Origin: Candidatus Saccharimonadales bacterium
Lineage (GTDB): Bacteria > Patescibacteriota > Saccharimonadia > Saccharimonadales > JACDFO01
Direction: 5' to 3'
Assembly (NCBI GenBank): GCA_038255465.1
Contig: JBBSLJ010000006.1
Location: forward strand, 1-53,531
DNA length: 53,531 nt
The notes under the pieces were generated by a model. The model was not told where the DNA came from. It ran no database searches and saw nothing but the letters and a program-made list of their open reading frames with translations. A program made the position numbers and the translations under genes. Position 1 is the stretch's first letter, and every line of letters starts with the position of its first letter. Shown piece after piece: positions 1-8,098 of the stretch.

Positions 1-21
1 GGAAGGTGATATCGGAAACAT

Positions 22-49
22 AAAAAAGAGGCACTTTTTGTGCCTCTTT
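22..49 (-). terminator. Intrinsic terminator
   Basis: Minus strand AAAGAGGCAC-AAAAA-GTGCCTCTTT followed by TTT. Confidence 0.75.
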
Positions 50-163
50 AGTTTAGGGAAGACTTGCACCCACAGATGTGACCTACGAACTAACAAACTG
101 CCTAACTTACTAACTTGACTGGTCACATATGAAGTACAAAATGCTGTTTCACATATGTCTTCC
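22..163 (-). ncRNA. Candidate structured small RNA or 5' leader (~140 nt): closed stem with a tetranucleotide-repeat loop
   Basis: On the minus strand, GGAAGAC (163-157) pairs with GTCTTCC (63-57), TTGTAC with GTGCAA, and ATGTGACC (128-121) with GGTCACAT (83-76). It starts just downstream of a sigma70 promoter and ends in a terminator. Confidence 0.55.
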
Positions 164-169
164 AGAAAT

Positions 170-198
170 AAAATACCAAACACAAAACAACTCGTCAA
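170..198 (-). promoter_or_regulatory. Sigma70-type promoter
   Basis: Minus strand TTGACG, 17-nt spacer, TATTTT with an extended -10 TG. The predicted start is ~163, where the stem begins. Confidence 0.55.
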
Positions 199-251
199 GA
201 CTTTTTGATCCGAATTAGTAAAATTCTGCTAGTAGGTCCAAGGATTGTGGT

Positions 252-281
252 AAAAAACAGCCTGGTTCCCCAGGCTGTTTT
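252..281 (-). terminator. Intrinsic terminator of the 298..996 gene
   Basis: AAAACAGCCTGG-TTCC-CCAGGCTGTTTT inverted repeat with A/T tails. Confidence 0.8.
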
Positions 282-297
282 AGACTAGCTCTATTCT

Positions 298-996
298 TTA
301 GAATTTAGCTGGCTGCGTTTGGATAATGCCGGATGCAAGAGCATCTGCAATTACCGAAATTTGCCTTAGAGCCTGTTGTTCAAGCTTCTTTGATTGTCCG
401 AAGTTTTTAGTTGTCATAGCTTCTGTTGACTTGTTTATCAGCATTTCATGCTCCTCTAAGAGGCTAAAGACAGCGTCATAAGGCAGAACAGGGATGGCGC
501 CCACGAAGAAGTTTGTTATATCTACAAGATATTCTTCTAGTTCTATTATAGCCTCGGCTTTAGCGTCTACATCACCATCAGCAATTGCTTGAGCAATGTT
601 GTTTGATTCCTCGATGTGCTCATTGAACAGATCGGTGAATGTTTCTGCGGCGGCGGTGCCGTAGATGCTTTCAATCGCTGCCGCTAAACTTGCAGTATTT
701 TCAAGTTGCGCTTGTTCTATTGCATCTATTTCTGCATCAGATGCGCCAGAAACGATAGCCCGGTTAACATCTAAGTTAGTTGTTACGTGATCTTGAAGCA
801 AGCTGTTCAGCGCTTTGCGGAAGTCGGTTGCGGCCTTACTTTCTTTAGAAGCGACGGTCGCAGACTTATTACTAGTACTGCCATTCGACTGCATTGCAGT
901 AGCAGATGCGCCACCGATTATAGCCAAAGATAATGCAGTTACGGCTGCAAGTGAAAAACCTGTCTGAATATTGGATTTGATATTATTTTTATGCAT
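298..996 (-). CDS. Secreted acidic helical-bundle protein, function unknown
   Basis: Signal-peptide-like N-terminus. Three His-bearing helices (LLQDHV, FNEHI, LLEEHE). AAGGA SD upstream and a terminator downstream. Confidence 0.75.
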   Translation of the reverse strand: MHKNNIKSNIQTGFSLAAVTALSLAIIGGASATAMQSNGSTSNKSATVASKESKAATDFRKALNSLLQDHVTTNLDVNRAIVSGASDAEIDAIEQAQLENTASLAAAIESIYGTAAAETFTDLFNEHIEESNNIAQAIADGDVDAKAEAIIELEEYLVDITNFFVGAIPVLPYDAVFSLLEEHEMLINKSTEAMTTKNFGQSKKLEQQALRQISVIADALASGIIQTQPAKF

Positions 997-1239
997 GTTG
1001 TTGTCCTTACATATTTAATTATTGATCGCAGCGGGTTTTAGAACCACTGGTGAAAAGAACTATACTAAGTAAAGTAAAGCAAGTATGTAAGAATTATCAT
1101 AGAACAGTAGCTAACAGAGAGAAATTTGTTAAATTCCGCATATTGACTAGTTAAATGATTTCATTTATTAGATTCTATTAATAGAATACGGCCATTTATT
1201 ATGCTAGAACTAAATTTTGTAGCTTTTTGTGTAAATAAT

Positions 1240-1740
1240 TTAGGCTGCAAAGCTATCGATAATTATTTGCAGATCCTCAAATTCAGGCGACCCAGGCAAT
1301 ACCAAACCAAACACCATAGCTGTATATAATGCATGAGCATTTTCCTGCGTATCTTCTGGATAGAGTGCAAGCATTCCTAAAAGGTGGTGGCTTGGTGGAA
1401 AATCTGGCTGAAGATGCTCAGAGCAAAACAAGTCTAGTGAACGCGCTTTTGGCCCCTCATCTAGCGCTGTCATAATGCGTAATTTTAAAATCATTGATCC
1501 TAAGAATTGTTTTTGATCTTCTGATGGTTTCAAGCTTTCAATCAGCGCATCCTGATCTGTGCATAAAAACCACCCTGTGCGATTACCGCGCTTATCTGAC
1601 TTTCGTCCTAACTTAAAACTAGAAATACGTTTTACTAGCGCCTCTAATAAAACCGATTGATCATCATTTGGCTTTAGAAAATCACGACGATTATTAATAT
1701 TTTGTAATTCAGCAATATTCTTTGTCAGTGAAGGGTTCAT
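1240..1740 (-). CDS. Hypothetical protein
   Basis: 166-aa ORF with AGGA upstream and no competing ORF. Confidence 0.6.
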   Translation of the reverse strand: MNPSLTKNIAELQNINNRRDFLKPNDDQSVLLEALVKRISSFKLGRKSDKRGNRTGWFLCTDQDALIESLKPSEDQKQFLGSMILKLRIMTALDEGPKARSLDLFCSEHLQPDFPPSHHLLGMLALYPEDTQENAHALYTAMVFGLVLPGSPEFEDLQIIIDSFAA

Positions 1741-1894
1741 AGCAATATCCTGATTTAATTAAAACAACAATAACAGCCAATACATAAAAAGTCAATATTC
1801 TTGTCCTCCAAGTATGGCGTTCTAAATGTAATTTCTTTGTGTAACTAACGTGTATCGTGCTAACTTTGTAAAATCCGAAGCTGATACCAAGATT

Positions 1895-2074
1895 TTATTC
1901 GTTTGAATCGTCTTTGGGAATTTCGGTCGTAACCCATACATCATCTGTTTTGCATTGGTACGTGGTGTGGTCGTATTCTTTATCGTTTTCATTTGCATTA
2001 TAACTAATATGCCAACGAACTTTTTCCATTGCTTGCTTGCAGCGTGGGCATTCCACGCTTCTATAATACTGCAT
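1895..2074 (-). CDS. Small zinc-ribbon-like protein (start uncertain)
   Basis: CPRC...YQCKTDDVW motif in the C-terminal part of ORF 1895..2182. Confidence 0.5.
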   Translation of the reverse strand: MQYYRSVECPRCKQAMEKVRWHISYNANENDKEYDHTTYQCKTDDVWVTTEIPKDDSNE

Positions 2075-2375
2075 TTTTATAAAACTTGGCTGTGGACGAG
2101 GGATTCGACCATTTTTCTGCGGGTCCGAAAGTTCACTATTGCCAGCCGGTTGGCTTTGGCGGCTTATCTTGCGAACGCTCACAGGGCATTCCTAAATGAT
2201 TATGTTCCGGTGCTTGAGTAGTAAAAAAACAACCGTTAAAGCCGGTGTGTTATTACTGGCTGGGGATGCCAACAAGTGCGTTGACGAGGTATAACTTAAA
2301 TAATATAGTTGACAGTACGCATTGAATAACGTACGGTAAACATTGAATAAACTTTGGTGTAAAATAGGCAATAGT

Positions 2376-3128
2376 ATGTTATTAAAAGATTTTGAACAAA
2401 TCGCAGAAATAGACAGCACCATTCTTGATCTACACAGTAAGCTGGAGGGTTTATATAAGCAGCGGACACATATTTTTGACGGTACCATGTTTACGAAACT
2501 TTCAGACCAACAAGCGCGTATTATAAGAAAATGTGCGTGTAATGACCTCGGTGCTCTTACCGAACGTCAGCGGTATGATGCCCTGGCAGAAAGCTGGAAA
2601 GCCGTCGGCGTTACAATCCCTACGTTTTCAACGTTAAAAGATAAGATGTGTAGGGCTGTTACGCTACTGAACGCGTGCAATGAGGCTCAACCAGAATGCG
2701 CATTTAGGATTGCCCTAATACCGCCAAGAAGCATCTATAAAACGGCGAATGGCGGTGCACCGCTCAAATTCAGCCCTGTATTTGTAGCGCAAAGGCGTAG
2801 GCCCAGAGACTGGAAACTGTATGTTGTGGCTACCAACCCAGAGGGTGTCGAAATTAAGGACCCTCAGCAGTTTATAAAAGAGGATGGCATGATGGTAGGT
2901 GACGTTTTTATGACGGGATTAAACACCTATGAATATACCGTTTTACTCGGCATGACAGAGCATCCAATTGATATTGAGTCATGGAGTATCCTGGTCCGAG
3001 ATGTCGATACAAGGCTCGGTTTAGTTCCTTGTGTAATGTATCAGTCAGGTATCTATAATTTTGAAGTCGATAGTGCCGATGTATTAATAGGTAAAAATCA
3101 TTTTAGGCCAGCTATGGAAGTTGAGTAA
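2376..3128 (+). CDS. Hypothetical protein
   Basis: Long ORF. ATG at 2376 follows TAAAAT. The N-terminus looks like a coiled coil. Confidence 0.65.
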   Translation: MLLKDFEQIAEIDSTILDLHSKLEGLYKQRTHIFDGTMFTKLSDQQARIIRKCACNDLGALTERQRYDALAESWKAVGVTIPTFSTLKDKMCRAVTLLNACNEAQPECAFRIALIPPRSIYKTANGGAPLKFSPVFVAQRRRPRDWKLYVVATNPEGVEIKDPQQFIKEDGMMVGDVFMTGLNTYEYTVLLGMTEHPIDIESWSILVRDVDTRLGLVPCVMYQSGIYNFEVDSADVLIGKNHFRPAMEVE

Positions 3129-3137
3129 GGAATTAAC

Positions 3138-3389
3138 ATGCAAAATGACCGTATACAAGGAATATTATTTGATGCCGAGAGGGTAGTTAGATTTGATAAG
3201 CCAACATTAGAACTTAGTCAAAAATCTGTCAATGCACGTAAGACACTTAAGAAACTTACGGGCCGACTTTACAAACATAACAAAAAGGCGACAGAAACAT
3301 TACACTACGAATTAATACAGGGATCACATAAGTACACTACCGTTCGTCCTCTGTATCGGACTCATTCTAAAACAATTATTAAGAAATGA
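3138..3389 (+). CDS. Hypothetical protein
   Basis: AAGGA SD, 9 nt downstream of the previous stop. Confidence 0.45.
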   Translation: MQNDRIQGILFDAERVVRFDKPTLELSQKSVNARKTLKKLTGRLYKHNKKATETLHYELIQGSHKYTTVRPLYRTHSKTIIKK

Positions 3390-3434
3390 ATATTCTTGCA
3401 AAAATATTGGTAATAGTAACTTAACGTTAAATCC

Positions 3435-3860
3435 ATGCAGAAATCATATTTTACGCGAATCCCAACAACCGACGGTTTTATCCGAACACAGTTGAGAGTC
3501 AATCGCAAGCCTTTAAGTGTCAAGGTTGTCTGGAGGCAGCACAGACACTTGACAGCCGACACTGTCACCGAATGTCGCACCTCGAACGAGAACCAGGCTA
3601 GGCTGGTGTTTTACAGTAAACTTGCGCAGCAGTCTCCTCCAACCCCACATAAATCTTACTCGCTTACAGAGGAGCCGGTTGGCCGGAACCTCAGTATCGA
3701 ATTGTTTGCCGATGAAATTGAGACTCGACTCCAGAATGCACTACATAAAAACCGTTTGGATACTCGTGGCAAGCGAGGTCTTTTTGGCCACAGCAAACGT
3801 CACCGACGTATGCAGAGCCAGCTAAATCGAACCAAAAACCTACTCTTGAAAGATATTTGA
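3435..3860 (+). CDS. Hypothetical basic protein
   Basis: 141-aa ORF, co-oriented with its neighbours. Confidence 0.5.
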   Translation: MQKSYFTRIPTTDGFIRTQLRVNRKPLSVKVVWRQHRHLTADTVTECRTSNENQARLVFYSKLAQQSPPTPHKSYSLTEEPVGRNLSIELFADEIETRLQNALHKNRLDTRGKRGLFGHSKRHRRMQSQLNRTKNLLLKDI

Positions 3861-3920
3861 CAACTAAATTTACATCACAAGGAATTTGTGTTATCATCAA
3901 GTTAACTCAGAAAAGGACAC

Positions 3921-4265
3921 GTGATGATAGAATATCGAATTGATCGCAAATCAAGCATTACTACCACAAGTCATATCAAGGATATGGACAATATTCTGCG
4001 TGAAATCACAAATACCTATGCAGTCATGCTCGAAGTTTTAGACCAGCAAGAATCTGCTCTTAGTTCACCAAGCATCAGTAGCTTTCGTTCCGAACTTAAG
4101 GAATTGGTAGAGCAAGGTATTCGCTTGTCTGATGCTATCGTAGACAGTTCCCGCAAGCTGGTTATTATCAGCGAGCAAGCGAGCAAACAGCTATTAGCGC
4201 TTGAAGAGAGTTTTAATGCTACGATTGAGAAACATAATAATAAGGACAGAAGCTATCCTATTTAA
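3921..4265 (+). CDS. Helical-hairpin protein, WXG100-like (paralog 1)
   Basis: AAAGGA SD. Clear similarity to the next ORF. Confidence 0.7.
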   Translation: MMIEYRIDRKSSITTTSHIKDMDNILREITNTYAVMLEVLDQQESALSSPSISSFRSELKELVEQGIRLSDAIVDSSRKLVIISEQASKQLLALEESFNATIEKHNNKDRSYPI

Positions 4266-4267
4266 TT

Positions 4268-4639
4268 ATGATTATCTATAAAATTGATAACCAAGCCCAA
4301 GATACGAAGCTCAACACCGAAATGCGTGAAGTTGCAACCGAGCTGGCAAGCGTCACGCCAGCTTTGCGGCGCCTGCAGTCGATCGTTAATAAGCACGAGG
4401 CAACTATCAGTGCACCAAGTATTGTGGAGTTTCGCAATAACTTGCAGCGAATGGTAAGTGATGCTTCTTCATTGATGCAGCGGATTTCTCAGAATTCCCT
4501 GACGCTGATCGAAGTCAGCGAGCAGGCGAGCAAGCATCTGACTGAGCTCGAAGATCACTACAGCAAAATGCTACGTGATCGAACCCCAGCTCGCTATCGC
4601 GGAACGATTCCAGACGATAGCAAAAAAGCCGAGGGGTGA
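4268..4639 (+). CDS. Helical-hairpin protein, WXG100-like (paralog 2)
   Basis: Starts 2 nt after paralog 1. Shares the YxID, SxPSIxxFRxxL and SEQASKxLxxLE motifs. Confidence 0.7.
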   Translation: MIIYKIDNQAQDTKLNTEMREVATELASVTPALRRLQSIVNKHEATISAPSIVEFRNNLQRMVSDASSLMQRISQNSLTLIEVSEQASKHLTELEDHYSKMLRDRTPARYRGTIPDDSKKAEG

Positions 4640-4662
4640 TCAGCTGGTATTGGAAGAACTAT

Positions 4663-4688
4663 AGAGCCGTATGAACGGCTCTTCTCTT
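4663..4688 (+). terminator. Intrinsic terminator
   Basis: AGAGCCGT-ATGA-ACGGCTCT followed by a pyrimidine tract. Confidence 0.6.
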
Positions 4689-4812
4689 CAATTTATCTCT
4701 CTTTGCTGATGCAAAAGCAGAATTAGGGGTTTAGGTCTGAAATGCTGCTTTCGCATCTGGCTGAGTATTATGTACCGGGTTAGAACCTTGTTCATAGCAA
4801 TTTAACGTTTGC

Positions 4813-4841
4813 TTGCAATTTATCAAACATTGTGTTATTAT
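4813..4841 (+). promoter_or_regulatory. Sigma70 promoter of the leader peptide/racemase operon
   Basis: TTGCAA, 17-nt spacer, TATTAT with an extended -10 TG. ATG lies 7 nt downstream. Confidence 0.65.
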
Positions 4842-4848
4842 TAAATAC

Positions 4849-4917
4849 ATGAAGAAATATAACTTCACCTTAGTTGAAATCCGTCGCAGCATTCGTATTT
4901 ACGGGGGCTGTTCTTGA
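4849..4917 (+). CDS. Putative leaderless leader peptide MKKYNFTLVEIRRSIRIYGGCS (22 aa)
   Basis: ATG sits at the predicted transcription start. The last codons (GGG GGC TGT) are complementary to the 5' arm of the terminator. Confidence 0.65.
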   Translation: MKKYNFTLVEIRRSIRIYGGCS

Positions 4918-4971
4918 AGTTGTAACAAAATAATAAAGCCTTAGCAGCCCCTGCAACCACAGGGGCTTTTT
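4904..4971 (+). promoter_or_regulatory. Transcription attenuator (antiterminator/terminator)
   Basis: Terminator AGCCCCTG-CAACCA-CAGGGGCT-TTTT (4946-4971) competes with GGGGCTG (4904-4910) pairing to CAGCCCC (4945-4951). Confidence 0.7.
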
Positions 4972-4990
4972 AATTGTTAAGGATATTGAG

Positions 4991-5591
4991 ATGAAAACTA
5001 TTGTTGAAGCGGGCCATTACTATCAGGTAAATGGCCCATCATTGTTAAGTGTAATGGGGTGGGATATTGGTAAGGATTTTGTAGCAAGTCAGGCTAATGC
5101 TGAGCTGGCTTTGTTTATTGATGACTATCATCAAGAACAAGCTTTCCTAGAGACAGGAGATACCTTCTTCGAGCCAGATGAAGCCGCTCAAGTTGCAGAT
5201 GCTTTCTTGAGCGAAGCAGACCATGTATTTAGCGAAGTCGCCCTTGCAGAAGCTGCTCCTCAAAAAATGAGTGAGCTGCTTGAAAACGGCTTGGTTAAGT
5301 TAAAGAAAGGTATTTTATCCGTAGGCGGTGTACGCCTCGGCTGTCTTCGTCGACTCTGATATTGCCACATTCAACCCCACCTGTGTCTTCTTAGATTACA
5401 TGTTACTGGGTGAGAAGGTTGAGCTAGGCGAAGAGCAAGTAACAATTCTGCCAGAAACATACAATAAGCAACAAGCTCAGCTTACAGTTGTGCTTGGCAA
5501 ATTAGTAGTGCCAAAATTGGCAAGCTATAAAAGTATTTTTCATAGTCTTGACCATCACGAGGCTACCGTCTATGAAGAGGTACATGTATGA
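4991..5591 (+). pseudogene. Frameshifted gene (ORFs 4991..5359 + 5328..5591), possibly a Rossmann/HUP-like protein
   Basis: Removing one base near 5342 fuses the two ORFs into ~199 aa. Motifs EAGHYY, LFIDDYH, PTCVFLD. Could be a sequencing error. Confidence 0.5.
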
Positions 5592-6301
5592 AAACCACAT
5601 TCTCTCCCAAGATAGGTATTGTTTCTGGTATTGGTCCACTGGCTGGTGCAGATGTATTAGCTAAGACGTTCAAGAATGCGGCTAAGATATATGGGGCTGT
5701 GGAGGATAGTGAATATCCTGATTTACTGCTTCTAAATCATGGCATTGAGGGTGTAGATAACATCGGCACTCTTAATGACACATTCGAAAAAGAAATCGTA
5801 GATATGGTGCATCACCTTGAAGTGCAAGGCTGCAATATCATTGGTATTGCCTGTAACACGGCACATACATATTTGGACAAAATAAAAACTAAACCACAAA
5901 CGACATTCGTGAATCTGATAGATACAGTTTCAAGAGTGGCAAAAGAAGCAGGGCATAGCTACTTGTTGCTTACTTCGAGCACTTCAAAACAACAAAAGCT
6001 ATATCACGGTTACCTCGATAAACATGCCGTCCTATTTCAGGAATCGACTCAACAACAGCAAGTATTGCTTGATAAGGCGATCGGTCTTGTTATGGCATAC
6101 AAACTCAATGAAGCTGGTGAATTGCTCGAAGAGGTGCTGAAATCTGCAAAATCAGAAGGCTACTATGCTGTTATAGCTGGTTGCACAGAACTACCTATAG
6201 CTATTGCACATTGTAAGGATTTGCAAGGGCTATATATGATTGATTCGAATGACGAATTGGCAAAGGCTTTACTTACAAAGTACTACGAGGTCTTATTATG
6301 A
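5588..6301 (+). CDS. Aspartate/glutamate racemase family protein
   Basis: IGIVSGIGPLAG, IACNTAH and IAGCTELP, the two catalytic Cys motifs. Confidence 0.9.
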   Translation: MKTTFSPKIGIVSGIGPLAGADVLAKTFKNAAKIYGAVEDSEYPDLLLLNHGIEGVDNIGTLNDTFEKEIVDMVHHLEVQGCNIIGIACNTAHTYLDKIKTKPQTTFVNLIDTVSRVAKEAGHSYLLLTSSTSKQQKLYHGYLDKHAVLFQESTQQQQVLLDKAIGLVMAYKLNEAGELLEEVLKSAKSEGYYAVIAGCTELPIAIAHCKDLQGLYMIDSNDELAKALLTKYYEVLL

Positions 6302-6357
6302 TCATATAGTTCTAACGTTCCACTTGCCCTAAATGCAATAACAGATAAAAATTAAAT

Positions 6358-6382
6358 TGGCTGGGGATGAGGGATTCGAACC
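6358..6382 (-). repeat. 25-bp duplicate of the tRNA-Gln 3' end (att-like)
   Basis: TGGCTGGGGATGAGGGATTCGAACC is identical to 7142-7166. Confidence 0.9.
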
Positions 6383-6613
6383 AGCCATAGTATATTACCA
6401 TCGGTTTCAACGACTCGCCCTATACTAGCTTACTAGTCACTCTTGTCAAAATGATACACATGGAGGGCAATCGTGATTGTTGTTGCAACTAAGCTACAAC
6501 AAAGCCAGAGTTATATAACTTCCATAAAACTACTGAGCAAGTTGCTATATTTTTGGTTTAAAAGGCAAACTAATGCGAGTGTGCGACCTCAAGAATATTG
6601 AAAATCGTAGCAC

Positions 6614-6982
6614 TTAATGTTGTTTCCTACGTTGAGTAATCCATAAGGTGCCGGAGACTAGGGGCACTAAGGCCGTTGCAATTACAAATATAGGACTTTC
6701 GTCATCAATAATAATAGTTATTGGTATATGAATAAGCCAAGCGGGTAGCGTGCCCCAGAACAGGACAGTAAGTGTAGGTTTGTCCTTAATAACACGGAGT
6801 ATTCCAATTATTAGAGCTACTGTTGCTAGCAATGCCGGTAGTGCCTGGATCCAAATCCCTATTCCTGCTGCGCCAATAGTAAGCTGAGAATATAGCCATG
6901 CTAGAACAGCAAGGCATAAAATAATACCAATCTTTATTATTCGTATTAAGACTGGCTTGGGATTTTTTTGTCTGTGAACCAT
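6614..6982 (-). CDS. Small 4-TM membrane protein, cargo of the islet
   Basis: Four hydrophobic segments. Lies between the tRNA repeats. Confidence 0.65.
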   Translation of the reverse strand: MVHRQKNPKPVLIRIIKIGIILCLAVLAWLYSQLTIGAAGIGIWIQALPALLATVALIIGILRVIKDKPTLTVLFWGTLPAWLIHIPITIIIDDESPIFVIATALVPLVSGTLWITQRRKQH

Positions 6983-7141
6983 GGATTTTATAATAACAGA
7001 AAAGAGGCACTCAGTTTAGTTTTAGGCATAAGCGTATTGGAGGGTCAGATAGGATTTGAACTATCCAACAGATGTAAGAGAATTTTACAAAAATATACTA
7101 ATGTGCCAAGGCATGTGGGTCTGCCTCTGTTATGCTGCATC

Positions 7142-7215
7142 TGGCTGGGGATGAGGGATTCGAACCCCCGATCGTGGAACCAGAATCCACTGCCTTACCA
7201 CTTGGCCAATCCCCA
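7142..7215 (-). tRNA. tRNA-Gln (anticodon CTG)
   Basis: TGGGGATTGGCCAAGTGGTAAGGCAGTGGATT-CTG-GTTCCACGATCGGGGGTTCGAATCCCTCATCCCCAGCCA. Forms a cloverleaf with encoded CCA. Confidence 0.97.
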
Positions 7216-7363
7216 ATGTAATTTCCGATTAATGCCGAAAACTTTGGTGATTATAGCCTAGTTTGCGTGATTATTCCAGGGGTCATTATGGATACCTGAG
7301 GTTTATTTCACTGTGAACATACAGTACACACCATATACTGTTTAATATCCAAAGGAGTGAGTT

Positions 7364-7861
7364 ATGAATTATAGGTACGGACAACTTCGAAATATAGGTC
7401 ATATAGCCACCAATGAAGACCCTAAAAAGCAGAAGGCTACCGATGAGCTTGTCGATGCAATCGGGCATTCGCATGACATTTTACTGCGCGCAACCACCGT
7501 ATTTCCATTCACTCTTTTTCCAGATACACTCACAATTGATCGTACAAAGATTACCATTACACATCGTGACTTTTTAGCTGCAGGAGACGTAATTAGCATT
7601 GGGATAGAGGACGTCTTAAATGTGGCAGCAACAGTTGGGCCGGTATTTGGTTCAGTCAACATAGCGACGCGGTTTTTTGATCAAGATAAGCCGTATAAAA
7701 TTGATCATTTTTGGCGTAAAGACGCCCTTAAAATCAAGCGTATTGCTCAGGGTTACACTATTGCTCGTCAAAAAGAAATTGACACTTCGGCACTCTCTAC
7801 ACAAGAACTAGCGAAAACGCTTGATGAGCTAGGTAAAGTAAGCGCTGAAGACACTATTTAA
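7364..7861 (+). CDS. Bacterial PH-domain-like protein
   Basis: AAGGAG SD. FPFTLFPDTLTID...FGSVNIAT pattern typical of CPR PH-like proteins. Confidence 0.65.
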   Translation: MNYRYGQLRNIGHIATNEDPKKQKATDELVDAIGHSHDILLRATTVFPFTLFPDTLTIDRTKITITHRDFLAAGDVISIGIEDVLNVAATVGPVFGSVNIATRFFDQDKPYKIDHFWRKDALKIKRIAQGYTIARQKEIDTSALSTQELAKTLDELGKVSAEDTI

Positions 7862-7928
7862 AACAAATCTAAACAAAATTATGCTTGCGTAATGAAAGGA
7901 ACATGTTACCATAAGAGCACCTTAACAA

Positions 7929-8041
7929 CGTAAAAGTATAAAGAGTGCGGTAAGAGATCTAGCTCGTTGACCCGCCAGCAACCTATTCATTAAGAATAAG
8001 GTGCTCCATCTAGCCCGCCTGGCGGGAAAGATAAGTTTGCG
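7929..8041 (+). promoter_or_regulatory. SAM-I family (S-box) riboswitch aptamer
   Basis: AAGAG...GAGATCTAGCTCGTTGA...CAGCAACC...AAGGTGCT...GAAAGATAAG core, upstream of metE/metK. Confidence 0.85.
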
Positions 8042-8062
8042 CTGACATAATCGCATCCTCAA

Positions 8063-8098
8063 ATCCTTTCTGTCATATAGGCAGAAAGGATATTTTTT
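8063..8098 (+). terminator. Riboswitch expression platform (terminator hairpin that also sequesters the SD)
   Basis: ATCCTTTCTGTC-ATATA-GGCAGAAAGGAT plus TTTTTT, directly before ATG 8099. Confidence 0.75.

Noticed and set aside
3138-3389. HAD hydrolase (IQGILFDAE)
   Set aside because: The DxD motif is incomplete, the other HAD motifs are absent, and the protein is too short.
4663-4682. GAGCCGTATG resembling the start of group II intron domain V
   Set aside because: It closes at once as an 8-bp terminator hairpin, and the rest of domain V is absent.
5351-5362. prfB-like programmed +1 frameshift at CTC TGA
   Set aside because: CUC-to-UCU re-pairing is poor and there is no upstream SD-like stimulator. 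A single-base indel is simpler.
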